From NCBI GenBank assembly GCA_948467605.1, contig CAOKET010000006.1, forward strand, positions 1,255-65,254: a stretch of DNA of 64,000 nt. The letters run 5' to 3'. This DNA comes from an uncultured Mycoplasmatota bacterium. GTDB lineage: Bacteria > Bacillota_I > Bacilli_A > RF39 > UBA660. The notes beneath the pieces were generated by a model. That model did not search any database. It saw nothing but the letters and a program-made list of their open reading frames with translations, and was not told the origin of the DNA. The translations under genes and the position numbers were made by a program. Shown one piece after another: positions 1-9,487 of this stretch (positions are counted from its first letter, which is position 1; every line of letters starts with the position of its first letter).

Positions 1-452
1 GAAAAGCCGTTGACTTTGAAATGGAAGGAAGCCATGTAGAAATAGGCGTTGACCTTGCTAAAAAATATAAAGAAGATGAAGTAGTTATAAACTCAATCGC
101 ATCACACCATGGAGATACCGAGGCAACATCTATAATAGCGAACTTAATAGAAATCGCAGATATCTTATCAGCATCTCGACCAGGTGCTAGAAATGATTCA
201 TTGGAAAATTACATAAAGAGATTAGAGCAATTAGAATCAATTGCTAATAGTTTTGATGGAATTGATAAATCATTTGCAATGCAAGCAGGACGTGAACTTA
301 GAATTCTTGTTAAGCCTGATGAGGTAGACGAAGTTAAAACACATAAAATAGCAAGAGAAATAAAGACGAGAATAGAACAAGAGATGCAATACCCAGGAAC
401 TGTTAAAGTAACAGTAATAAGAGAAACTAGAGCTCAAGAAGAAGCAAGATAA
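1..452 (+). CDS. rny: Ribonuclease Y, C-terminal portion (gene starts upstream of window)
   Basis: HD-domain C-terminus with [15 protein letters not shown]...ASHHGDTEA motif typical of RNase Y; reading frame is open to the window edge. Confidence 0.85.
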   Translation, partial: KAVDFEMEGSHVEIGVDLAKKYKEDEVVINSIASHHGDTEATSIIANLIEIADILSASRPGARNDSLENYIKRLEQLESIANSFDGIDKSFAMQAGRELRILVKPDEVDEVKTHKIAREIKTRIEQEMQYPGTVKVTVIRETRAQEEAR

Positions 453-486
453 GTTGTAAATAAATTTATTTACAACTTATTTTTGT
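452..486 (+). terminator. Rho-independent terminator after rny
   Basis: Perfect inverted repeat agttgtaaataaa/tttatttacaact followed by a T-run. Confidence 0.6.
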
Positions 487-510
487 GTTATAATTATAAT
501 AGGTGATAAT

Positions 511-870
511 ATGAGAAAAGGTTTTACTTTATCTGAACTATTAGTTTGTTTAGCAATACTTGGACTTGTAATAGTAATTGCTATACCCAGCATAATAGGA
601 GCAGTTAATAGAAATAAAGAAAGACAATACGAATTAATGGTAGAAGAAATTAAGATTTCAGCAGAAGAATATATAAATGAGAATAGAAACTCTTTTACAA
701 CTACAATGTGTACTCCAAACTGTATAATTACGATAGAAGAATTAATAACTGCTGGTAAATTAGACAGTGATATAAAAAATCCTAAAACATCAGAAAACTT
801 AAATGGAAGTTCATATGTAGAAGTTACCGTAGATAATAATGGCTTATTTGAACTTAAATATAAGGGATAA
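511..870 (+). CDS. Prepilin-type N-terminal cleavage/methylation domain protein (type IV pilin / ComGC-like pseudopilin)
   Basis: N-terminus MRKGFTLSELLVCLAILGLVIV matches the class III signal G|FTLxE plus a hydrophobic helix; 119 aa. Confidence 0.6.
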   Translation: MRKGFTLSELLVCLAILGLVIVIAIPSIIGAVNRNKERQYELMVEEIKISAEEYINENRNSFTTTMCTPNCIITIEELITAGKLDSDIKNPKTSENLNGSSYVEVTVDNNGLFELKYKG

Positions 871-872
871 GT

Positions 873-1751
873 ATGAATGGAATAATATGTATATATAAAG
901 AAAAAGGATATACAAGTAGAGATGTAGTAAATGAATTATGTAAATTACTTAGTACAAGGAAAATAGGTCATACTGGTACACTTGATCCACTGGCAACTGG
1001 TGTATTAGTACTTGGTGTTAATGAAGGAACTAAATTAATAGAAATAATAACTTCATATGATAAAGAATATATCGCAACTATAAGACTAGGCATAGAAACT
1101 GATACACTTGATATAACTGGTAATATTACAAATTCTAAGATGCCAAATAATATAACAAAAGATGATATAGATGACTGCCTAAAACACTTTACATGTACAT
1201 ATGAACAAGAAGTACCTAAATATAGTGCAGTTAAAATAAATGGTAAAAAGTTATATCAATATGCTAGAAATGATGAAACTATAATATTACCTAAAAGAGA
1301 GGTTACTATATTTTCTCTAGAGAGAATATCTGATATTGAATACAAAGATGGATACATGGATTTTAAAATTAAATGTAGTGTATCTAAAGGAACATATATA
1401 AGAAGTTTAATAAGAGATATTGGTAAGTATTTAGGTACATGTGCAACTATGGTAGAACTTGAAAGAACTAGACAGGGAAATTTTGATTTAAGTGACTGTT
1501 ATACATTAGAAAGTATTAAAAATAAAAAGTATAAACTAAAAAGTATAGACGAGTGTATTTTAGATTATAAAAGAATAATACCAGATGAAATACTATATAA
1601 AAAAGTAATAAATGGTGCAATTATAGATAATATATATGAAAGTGAACATATAGTATTTGTAACAAATAAAAATAAATTACTAGCAATTTATAAAATATAT
1701 GAAAAAGATAATACTAAAATGAAGCCATGGAAAATGTTTAAAACAAATTAA
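873..1751 (+). CDS. truB: tRNA pseudouridine(55) synthase TruB
   Basis: GHTGTLDPLATGVLVLGVNEGTK catalytic motif; 292 aa. Confidence 0.9.
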   Translation: MNGIICIYKEKGYTSRDVVNELCKLLSTRKIGHTGTLDPLATGVLVLGVNEGTKLIEIITSYDKEYIATIRLGIETDTLDITGNITNSKMPNNITKDDIDDCLKHFTCTYEQEVPKYSAVKINGKKLYQYARNDETIILPKREVTIFSLERISDIEYKDGYMDFKIKCSVSKGTYIRSLIRDIGKYLGTCATMVELERTRQGNFDLSDCYTLESIKNKKYKLKSIDECILDYKRIIPDEILYKKVINGAIIDNIYESEHIVFVTNKNKLLAIYKIYEKDNTKMKPWKMFKTN

Positions 1752-1760
1752 TATAATAAG

Positions 1761-1775
1761 TGTCAATTATTGACA
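1761..1775. promoter_or_regulatory. 15-bp perfect palindrome TGTCAAT-T-ATTGACA (candidate protein-binding site)
   Basis: Seen directly in sequence just after the truB stop; the loop is too small for a stable hairpin, so an operator is more likely than a terminator. Confidence 0.25.
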
Positions 1776-2222
1776 TTTTTTTACAAAAAAAACATCAACA
1801 TACAAATGATATAGAAAGATATAAATTAATTGAAGGCACTTTAAGTGTAAATAAAGAGAAAACCGATAATAATATTTGTACATTAAATAATTCTCATAAT
1901 ATTGATATTGTTTATGAACCTACAATTATCCAGACTTGTAAAATTAGTAAATTAAATTTATTTTTAGTTAATAAACAATCAAATGAAGATTTTGATGTTT
2001 TTGTTATCAATATAATGGGATCAGATGATGGAAAAGAAAAAATTAAAAACCATCATAGTAATAAATAAAATCCATTTGATAGCAACAAAAAACAAGATTG
2101 AATTTAATTATATATCTTGCATATTTTAAAATAATAGTGTATATTATAGTAGTACTTTTACTTGGTGATAAGACAACTCCGACTTACACTAGGTAAACAG
2201 TGAAAAGAAAGAAGGAGATATT

Positions 2223-2492
2223 ATGGCATTAAAACCAGAAAGAAAACAAGAAATTATTAAAGAATACGCTATCAAAGAAGGAGATACAGGTTCTTGTGAA
2301 GTTCAAGTAGCATTACTTACTGAACAAATTAATGAACTAACTGAACATTTAAAAACAAATATTCATGATTATCACTCAAAAAGAGGATTATTAATGAAAA
2401 TAGGTAAACGTCGTAGCTTACTTGAATATCTAAAAAAAGAAGATATTAATAGATATCGTACTTTAATTCAAAGATTAGGATTAAGAAAATAA
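2223..2492 (+). CDS. rpsO: 30S ribosomal protein S15
   Basis: 89 aa; [15 protein letters not shown]...[23 protein letters not shown] is canonical S15; a leader of about 120 nt with a sigma-A-like promoter (ttgcat-17-tatatt) lies upstream. Confidence 0.95.
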   Translation: MALKPERKQEIIKEYAIKEGDTGSCEVQVALLTEQINELTEHLKTNIHDYHSKRGLLMKIGKRRSLLEYLKKEDINRYRTLIQRLGLRK

Positions 2493-2514
2493 CATTTAGG
2501 TGTTATTTTTTTTA
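2487..2514 (+). terminator. Rho-independent terminator after rpsO
   Basis: aaataaca/tgttattt stem followed by a T-run. Confidence 0.55.
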
Positions 2515-2676
2515 ATACTACAAACTTTATAATAAGGTAATATAAGTTACCAAAAATTTAAATATTAGAGTAAAGTAAATATTAAAAATTGTTAATGTCT
2601 GCTTTTTAAATATTTAAAAACCTCTATTTGTAAATTAATTTATTATTTGATAAATTGATAGCCAAGGAGGAAAATT

Positions 2677-3498
2677 ATGGAAGAAAATAACTTTGTATCC
2701 TTGGTAAGTGATACAACATTTAAATATTTATTTAAAAATAATGATACTAGGGCTTTCCTAGAAAGTATAATACTAAGTAAAACTGGAGTAGATTTAAGAA
2801 ATTTTAATCTAACTAGTGAAGAAGATAATACAGGTAATAAAGTAAAAGATTATAGAATGGATTTAGTATTAAATAAAGATAATGAGATAGTTATTATAGA
2901 AATGAATAGTGATTATAATAAATCCCAAGATATAAAGAATAGGCAATACTTATACAGAAAAGCAGGAAGAATGTTTGATAAGGGAAATAAGTATGCTGAA
3001 GATATAAATGTAAAATTAATAATGTTTAATAATTATTATCATAAGCAAGATAAAAATATTAAAACAGTAAACTACTCATTATATGATATAAGAAATAAGT
3101 TAAAACTAAATGATATAGAAATATATGAAATCTACCTACCAATATATAAAAAAGTATGTTATGATAAGTGTAACTTGATAGATAAAAGGTTATGGTTATT
3201 TGCATGTAACAATTTTGAAGATATGAAACAAGTTACAGATGAAATATCTTTAAGAGTTATTAAAGAATTGGAGGTATTAAGTATGAATAATGAGTTTAGA
3301 GATGATTATGATTATGAGAATGTACAAAGAAAATTAATGAACTCAATGAAAAATGAAGGATATGAAGATGGAGCAAAAGATAAAACAATTGAAATAGCAA
3401 AAAAGTTATTGAGTTCAAATGTTGATATAAAAATAATAATAGATAGTACAGGACTTACAAAAGAAGAAATAGAAAATTTAACTAGTAATACTAACTAG
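2677..3498 (+). CDS. Rpn-family recombination-promoting nuclease / PD-(D/E)XK putative transposase (YhgA-like)
   Basis: N-terminal DTTFKYLF motif and RMDLVL...IVIIEMNSD nuclease core typical of the Transposase_31/PDDEXK_2 family. Confidence 0.55.
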   Translation: MEENNFVSLVSDTTFKYLFKNNDTRAFLESIILSKTGVDLRNFNLTSEEDNTGNKVKDYRMDLVLNKDNEIVIIEMNSDYNKSQDIKNRQYLYRKAGRMFDKGNKYAEDINVKLIMFNNYYHKQDKNIKTVNYSLYDIRNKLKLNDIEIYEIYLPIYKKVCYDKCNLIDKRLWLFACNNFEDMKQVTDEISLRVIKELEVLSMNNEFRDDYDYENVQRKLMNSMKNEGYEDGAKDKTIEIAKKLLSSNVDIKIIIDSTGLTKEEIENLTSNTN

Positions 3499-3515
3499 TA
3501 TTTTTTTATTTTCTT

Positions 3516-3544
3516 TTACACTTGTATAAAATACATGGTATAAT
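3516..3544 (+). promoter_or_regulatory. Sigma-A-type promoter (ttacac-17 nt-TGgtataat) for the topoisomerase gene
   Basis: -35 ttacac, exact 17-nt spacer, extended -10 tgg-tataat, 24 nt upstream of the start codon. Confidence 0.5.
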
Positions 3545-3567
3545 TGTTATAGATAGGTGGGAGATAT

Positions 3568-5469
3568 ATGGCAGCATATGATGAAAAATCGATTAAAATA
3601 TTGGAAGGATTAGAAGCAGTAAGGAAAAGACCTGGTATGTATATCGGTTCTACCGATAAAAGAGGTCTTCACCATTTAGTTTGGGAAATTGTAGATAATA
3701 GTGTAGATGAAGTTATAAATGGTTATGGTAATTATATAAAAATAGTAATTCATAAAGATCATAGTATTACAGTATCCGACCAAGGACGCGGTGTACCAGT
3801 AGGAATGCATGAAAGTGGTAAATCAACACCTGAGGTAATATATACTGTACTACATGCTGGTGGTAAATTTGAAAATTCTGGATATAAAGTATCTGGTGGG
3901 TTACATGGAGTAGGTGCTTCTGTTGTTAATGCACTAAGTAAATGGATGGAGGTAACAATCTGTCGTGATAAATCAGAGTATTATATAAAATTTGTAGATG
4001 GTGGAAAAGTAGAAGTACCATTAAAAAAATTAGGTATTACTAATAAAACTGGTACTACAGTACATTTCATGCCAGATAATGAAATATTTTCAACAACATT
4101 ATTCTCATTTACAACAATATGTGAAAGAATGCAGGAAAGTGCATTTCTTCTTAAAGGACTTACTGTTGAAGTAATAGATGAAGAAGATGAAAAGTCAAAT
4201 AAATTCTGTTATGAAAATGGTCTTCAAGCATTCGTTGAATATTTAAACGAAGATAAGACTCCATTACATGATATTGTGAGTTTTAGTGGAATAAAAGATA
4301 AAATAGAAGTAGATATAGCGCTTCAATACACAGATGTTTACAGTGAAAATATAATATCATTTGTAAATAATGTAAAGACAATAGATGGTGGTACTCATGA
4401 AGTAGGTTTTAAAACTGCACTTACTAAAGTCTTTAATGAATATGCAAGAAATAATAAATATTTAAAAGATAAAGATAAAAACTTTGAAGGCAGTGACGTT
4501 AGAGAAGGCTTAACTGCGATAGTATCTCTTAAAATTCCAGAAGAACTATTGCAATTTGAAGGACAAACTAAATCTAAATTAGGTAGTCCAGTTGCACGTA
4601 CTGCAGTTGAATCCATAGTTTATGAAAAGATGCAATATTTCTTAGAGGAAAATAAAGCAATAGCAGTAGATATAGTGCAAAAAGCAATAAAAGGAAAAAT
4701 TGCAAGAGAAGCCGCAAGAAAAGCAAGAGAAGATGCTAGGCGTGAAAAGGGCAGTAAAAAAGAGAAAAATCTAAGTGGTAAATTAGCACCAGCCCAAGCA
4801 AAAAATCCAAAGAAAAATGAACTATATTTAGTAGAAGGAGATTCAGCAGGAGGTTCTGCAAAGTCAGGTAGAGATAGAAGATTTCAAGCAATATTGCCTC
4901 TTCGTGGTAAAGTAATAAATACTGAAAAAGCAAGACTTGATGATGTATTTGCAAATATGGAAATAAATACAATAATACATACAATAGGTGCTGGTGTAGG
5001 AACTGATTTTGATATAGATGATTGCAATTACAATAAAATTATTATAATGACCGATGCCGATATAGATGGAGCGCACATACAGGTATTATTACTTACATTC
5101 TTTTATAGATATATGAAGACTCTAATAGAGGATGGAAGACTTTACGTAGCAATGGCCCCCCTTTATGGAATAGAAATAAACAAGAAAATGCACTATGCAT
5201 GGACTGATGAAGAAATGAAAGACATAATAAAGGGAAAAGTTAACTACAAAATCCAAAGATATAAAGGACTTGGAGAAATGAATGCGGATCAATTATGGGA
5301 TACTACAATGAACCCTGAAACAAGAAGTTTAATTAGAGTAAGTATTACAGATGCCGCATTAGCAGAGAAACGTGTTTCAGTATTAATGGGTGATAATGTT
5401 GAACCAAGAAAAGAATGGATAGAAGAAAATGTTGAATTTTCATTAGAAGATGATTTTAAAATTAAATAA
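3568..5469 (+). CDS. parE: Type IIA topoisomerase ATPase subunit B (ParE-like; GyrB not excluded)
   Basis: 633 aa; GHKL ATPase and TOPRIM motifs (LYLVEGDSAGGSAK, RYKGLGEMNADQLW, LMGDNVEPRKEWIEENV); no gyrA/parC or dnaA/dnaN neighbours. Confidence 0.85.
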   Translation: MAAYDEKSIKILEGLEAVRKRPGMYIGSTDKRGLHHLVWEIVDNSVDEVINGYGNYIKIVIHKDHSITVSDQGRGVPVGMHESGKSTPEVIYTVLHAGGKFENSGYKVSGGLHGVGASVVNALSKWMEVTICRDKSEYYIKFVDGGKVEVPLKKLGITNKTGTTVHFMPDNEIFSTTLFSFTTICERMQESAFLLKGLTVEVIDEEDEKSNKFCYENGLQAFVEYLNEDKTPLHDIVSFSGIKDKIEVDIALQYTDVYSENIISFVNNVKTIDGGTHEVGFKTALTKVFNEYARNNKYLKDKDKNFEGSDVREGLTAIVSLKIPEELLQFEGQTKSKLGSPVARTAVESIVYEKMQYFLEENKAIAVDIVQKAIKGKIAREAARKAREDARREKGSKKEKNLSGKLAPAQAKNPKKNELYLVEGDSAGGSAKSGRDRRFQAILPLRGKVINTEKARLDDVFANMEINTIIHTIGAGVGTDFDIDDCNYNKIIIMTDADIDGAHIQVLLLTFFYRYMKTLIEDGRLYVAMAPLYGIEINKKMHYAWTDEEMKDIIKGKVNYKIQRYKGLGEMNADQLWDTTMNPETRSLIRVSITDAALAEKRVSVLMGDNVEPRKEWIEENVEFSLEDDFKIK

Positions 5470-5477
5470 ATTATATG

Positions 5478-5511
5478 AACCCCGTTTTGTATGGATTAAA
5501 CGAGGTTTTTA
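5478..5511 (+). terminator. Probable rho-independent terminator
   Basis: Imperfect stem ccccgttt...aaacgagg followed by a T-run. Confidence 0.4.
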
Positions 5512-5551
5512 TAATATGTAAAATACCATTAAATATGTTATAATGTAATAT

Positions 5552-6655
5552 ATGGAGATGAAACTTGTGAGTAAATTTAGTATACAAAGAAAAGACATAG
5601 TTATATTTACAATTATTTTAATTCTATCAACAATATCACTAGTATTTGTAAACAATAACTTTAAATTTTACACAAGTACAATAGTTAAAATAAATAGTAT
5701 TGAAGAAGAAAAGATAGATCCTATTACTGAACCAAATATTCTAGGTATTGAAGAAGACTACTATTTACAAAAAATCACTGGTACCATTATGAATGGAAAA
5801 GATAAAGGAAAAATTATTTCACTAGAAAATGAAAGAAGTACATCAAATGTAGTAGATGAAAAGTATAAAAAAGGAGATTATGTATTTGTAAGTGGCAATG
5901 ATATTACTGGATTAAAAAGAGACGTATATATCATTATTGTAATAGTTATATTCATATTTTTATTATTCATTATTGGTAAGTTTAAAGGCCTGTTATCTAT
6001 AGTTAGTGTTGTTTTTAATACAATTATATTTTGTATAGGAATAAAACTGTATACAAATGGTTTAAATATAATTTTATTAATATTGATTGAATCAATTATT
6101 TTTACAATAATATCTCTTATATTAACAAATGGTGTTAATAAAAATACATTATCTGCAATTATTTCAGTTATAGCGTCTATGTTAGTATTATCTATTATGA
6201 TTTTATTAATTGCTGGAATTACTAAATATAAAAATGTAAATTTTAACGGTATGAGTTTTTTAACAGTACCACCTGAGGCAATATTTACTGCAGAACTTTT
6301 AATAGGCGGTTTAGGTGCAATAATGGATGTATGTATAACTATCACATCATCAATTAAAGAATTAATAGATAAAGATAATAATATTGAAACTAGAGCCCTG
6401 ATAAAATCTAGTAGAAACATCGGAAAAGATATAATGGGCACTATGATTAATGTATTATTTTTTACATATTTAAGTGGGTGTCTGCCAATATTTGTATTAT
6501 CCCTTAGAAATGGGGTATCGCTAACTAATTATATTCAAGCAAACTTTTCACTTGAATTAACTAGATTCCTAGTTGGAAGCATAGGAATAGTTTTAGCAAT
6601 CCCGATATCTTCTCTTATAAGTATTAAGTTTTATAAAAGAGGTGATGCTAGATGA
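5552..6655 (+). CDS. YibE/F family membrane protein
   Basis: Polytopic membrane protein of 367 aa with a YibE/F-like layout; its 3' end overlaps the next paralogous gene. Confidence 0.6.
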   Translation: MEMKLVSKFSIQRKDIVIFTIILILSTISLVFVNNNFKFYTSTIVKINSIEEEKIDPITEPNILGIEEDYYLQKITGTIMNGKDKGKIISLENERSTSNVVDEKYKKGDYVFVSGNDITGLKRDVYIIIVIVIFIFLLFIIGKFKGLLSIVSVVFNTIIFCIGIKLYTNGLNIILLILIESIIFTIISLILTNGVNKNTLSAIISVIASMLVLSIMILLIAGITKYKNVNFNGMSFLTVPPEAIFTAELLIGGLGAIMDVCITITSSIKELIDKDNNIETRALIKSSRNIGKDIMGTMINVLFFTYLSGCLPIFVLSLRNGVSLTNYIQANFSLELTRFLVGSIGIVLAIPISSLISIKFYKRGDAR

Positions 6656-7404
6656 TAAATACAATCCTTTGTATAATACTAGCAATACTTATGATTAGTA
6701 TTGGTGGAAAAAGGGGAATAAAATCATTTATTTCACTTTGTTTAAACTTCATATTACTAATTTTTACATTCTATCTTATTGCTTGTGGATTTAACTCTGT
6801 AATTGTAACATTACTAGGAACAATTATGTTCTCATATTTTATATTGTTTTATGTAAACGGAAGAAATATAAAGACAAAAATATCATTTGTATCAGTTATT
6901 ATAGTTTTAATTTTACTTACGTTTTTTATTTCACTAATTACATATATATCTAAAATATCTGGTTTTGGAGAAGAATCACTTGAAGAAATTAATATGTTTT
7001 CGTATAATGTAAATATTAATATGACAAACATAACTGTTTCACTTATATTAATATCACTAATAGGTGCGATTGTTGATGCATCAATTGCTATTTCATCAGC
7101 ACTCTACGAAGTTTACGAAAATAATCCAAATCTAAATAGATATGAATTGTTTATATCTGGTATGAATATTGGAAAATCAATACTAGGAACTACTACAAAT
7201 ACTCTTCTATTTGCATATCTAGCAGAGTTTATGACTCTTATAGTTTGGTTTAATGGACTAAACAGTAGTTTTTCCTATATAATAAATTCAAAGGTATTCG
7301 CATCTGAATTTATTAAGATAATATTAGTAAATATAGGAAGTATTACTATAATACCAATAACTGCTATTTTAACTGCGAATAAACTAAAAAACACTAAAGA
7401 ATGA
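6652..7404 (+). CDS. YibE/F family membrane protein (second paralog)
   Basis: 250-aa polytopic membrane protein; ATGA overlap with the upstream gene, typical of yibE-yibF pairs. Confidence 0.6.
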   Translation: MINTILCIILAILMISIGGKRGIKSFISLCLNFILLIFTFYLIACGFNSVIVTLLGTIMFSYFILFYVNGRNIKTKISFVSVIIVLILLTFFISLITYISKISGFGEESLEEINMFSYNVNINMTNITVSLILISLIGAIVDASIAISSALYEVYENNPNLNRYELFISGMNIGKSILGTTTNTLLFAYLAEFMTLIVWFNGLNSSFSYIINSKVFASEFIKIILVNIGSITIIPITAILTANKLKNTKE

Positions 7405-7427
7405 TAAACTTAAAGGAGGTAAATAAT

Positions 7428-8330
7428 ATGATATTAAATGTAAGTTCTAGATGTGATATACCAGCATTTTTTCCAGAATGGTTCATAAATAGATTAAGGG
7501 AAGGATACGTGGATGTAAGAAATCCATATTATCCAAAAAAGGTAAGTAGAATTATACTAAATAAAGAAGTAATAGATTGTATAGTATTTTGTACAAAAAA
7601 TCCAATACCTATGTTTAAATACTTAAATTATCTAAAGGAATATAGCTATATATTTTTTGTTACTATAACCCCATATACTAAAATAGAACCAAACGTTGTT
7701 AGTAAAAGAAGAATTTTATCATCTATAATAGATTTATCAAGAGCAATTGGTAGTAAAAGAGTTATAGTAAGATATGACCCAATTATACTTAATGATAACT
7801 ATACAATAGAGTTTCATGAAAAAGCATTTAATGCAATATGTAAAATCTTAAAAGGTTATGTTGATACAATTATTATTAGTTTTATAGACACCAAAAAAAA
7901 TACACTTAATAATATGAATGAGTTAAACTTAAAACCAATAACTGATGAGGATGTATATGAAATAGCAAAAATATTTGGTAAAATTGCCAAAGATAATGGT
8001 ATTAACATACAAACATGTGCAGAAAAATACGACTTATCTGAGTTTGGTTTTATCAATGAGTCATGTATAAATAATAAATTAATTAAAAGTGTTACAAAAA
8101 TAAATAAAAAATATAGACAAAGTAAACAACGTGAAAACTGTAGATGTATTCAAACTGTTGATATAGGAAGTTATAACTGTTGTAGTCATTTTTGTAAATA
8201 TTGTTATGCTAATTACGATGAGAAATCTGTACTTAAAAATATGAAAAATCACGATAAAAATTCAAGCCTTTTAATAGGACATCTTAAAAGTGATGATATA
8301 GTAAGTATAAAAAAAAGAGGGGTTAATTAA
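7428..8330 (+). CDS. DUF1848-like protein with a C-terminal cysteine cluster
   Basis: Strong RBS aaaggaggtaaataatATG at 7428; C-terminal CRC...CCSHFCKYCYAN Cys-rich motif; the longer ORF-track start at 7401 lacks an RBS. Confidence 0.4.
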   Translation: MILNVSSRCDIPAFFPEWFINRLREGYVDVRNPYYPKKVSRIILNKEVIDCIVFCTKNPIPMFKYLNYLKEYSYIFFVTITPYTKIEPNVVSKRRILSSIIDLSRAIGSKRVIVRYDPIILNDNYTIEFHEKAFNAICKILKGYVDTIIISFIDTKKNTLNNMNELNLKPITDEDVYEIAKIFGKIAKDNGINIQTCAEKYDLSEFGFINESCINNKLIKSVTKINKKYRQSKQRENCRCIQTVDIGSYNCCSHFCKYCYANYDEKSVLKNMKNHDKNSSLLIGHLKSDDIVSIKKRGVN

Positions 8331-9177
8331 ATCCCTTTTTTAGTGCTTGTATATTCTCATTCATTATAGTTAAATAATCCTCATTATCTTGTCTTTGTTT
8401 TGTAGTAATAGTAGATATTGTATTTAAGGTAAGAGTACTAACATTTGTATCATTAATTATATCTTTTACAGTATAACTTGCATTTTCTCCTTCTATTAAA
8501 TAAATATATTTAATTGTTCCATTTTTAATTAATTTTTTTACATCATCAATAGTCTTTTCAGTTAAGTTCTCATTTTGCTCTAATGAAATAACATTAAAGT
8601 TATATTTCTCCAAAAACTTAAATAAGTCATTAGATACTATTATAGTAGAATTACTTTTACCTTCAGTTATAGATTTTAATTCAACATCCAACTCAGATAT
8701 TTTTACCTTTAACTCATTATAATTTTCTTCAACTTCCTTTAAAAGATACGGATTTGTAATATACTCTTCAAAACCTTTTTTTATATTTTGACAAACCATA
8801 AGCATATTACCAGGATTTAACCATAATGCCTCAATATTATCATCATATGTAACACCCTTAGTAGAATCTATAATTTTAATTTTTTTATTATAATCAAGCA
8901 TTTTAACTGCATAATCTCTTTGAGTACCATATCCATCATATATAAATAAATCACTAGTACTATAATTCTTAATCTGTTTATTAGTTAATGTAAAATTATA
9001 TATATCAGAACCATCTGGATATATACTATATATAGTCGCATGGTCCTTATATAATGCATTTGTTATATATTCAATTGGATAATATGCAACATATATTTCT
9101 ATATCTTCCATACTATCTTTACTTAAACACCCTGTTAATAAAAAACAACTAATTAATAATAAAAATAACTTTTTCAT
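8323..9177 (-). CDS. TroA/ZnuA-fold solute-binding lipoprotein with degenerate metal site
   Basis: Lipobox LLTGC; WLNPGNM...NPYLLKEVEENYNEL region matches the ZnuA/TroA HxWLDPxN...NA motif, but the canonical His ligands are replaced; no cognate permease or ATPase genes adjacent. Confidence 0.5.
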   Translation of the reverse strand: MKKLFLLLISCFLLTGCLSKDSMEDIEIYVAYYPIEYITNALYKDHATIYSIYPDGSDIYNFTLTNKQIKNYSTSDLFIYDGYGTQRDYAVKMLDYNKKIKIIDSTKGVTYDDNIEALWLNPGNMLMVCQNIKKGFEEYITNPYLLKEVEENYNELKVKISELDVELKSITEGKSNSTIIVSNDLFKFLEKYNFNVISLEQNENLTEKTIDDVKKLIKNGTIKYIYLIEGENASYTVKDIINDTNVSTLTLNTISTITTKQRQDNEDYLTIMNENIQALKKGFN

Positions 9178-9178
9178 T

Positions 9179-9397
9179 TTATCCTTCTTTCTTTTTTACT
9201 GGATCATACCCACAACTATTAAATGGGTTACATCTAAGTATTCTTTTAATACTCATTAAACAACCAGTAAATAATCCATAATTACATAGTGCTAAAATAG
9301 CATAATTAGAACAACTTGGTATATGTCTACAGTAATTATGCCATGGTCCAGGAACTAATTGATATAACTTAATAAGACCAATTAAAAAATACCTCAT
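9179..9397 (-). CDS. yidD: Membrane protein insertion efficiency factor YidD
   Basis: 72 aa with conserved Cys-rich YidD motifs ([24 protein letters not shown]). Confidence 0.8.
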   Translation of the reverse strand: MRYFLIGLIKLYQLVPGPWHNYCRHIPSCSNYAILALCNYGLFTGCLMSIKRILRCNPFNSCGYDPVKKKEG

Positions 9398-9487
9398 GCA
9401 ATCACCTATAATATATAATACAATATTTTTTATAAAAAGTAAATTTACATGTATTTAAAATTAAGGTATAATTATATAGGTGATAAA

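Noticed and set aside
1760-2068. 102-aa ORF between truB and rpsO
   Set aside because: It has a GTG start with no RBS and no recognisable domain. It is kept only as a low-interest observation, not as a feature.
4395-5076. Minus-strand ORFs (70-82 aa) inside the topoisomerase gene
   Set aside because: Antisense shadow ORFs with low-complexity Leu/Tyr/Phe-rich translations and no RBS.
5878-6441. 187-aa minus-strand ORF inside the yibE-like gene, and similar antisense ORFs at 6849..7031, 7856..8056, 15050..15709, 16395..16943, 18413..18637, 19575..19859, 20380..20604, 21510..21728, 23441..24443, 24858..25235, 26860..27174, 32505..32693, 33446..33703, 35399..35773, 36092..36274, 41979..42269, 42712..43133, 45178..45390, 54811..55428, 60177..60404, 61157..61342, 61693..61887
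   Set aside because: All lie antisense or out of frame within well-supported genes, lack ribosome-binding sites, and translate to compositionally biased sequence.
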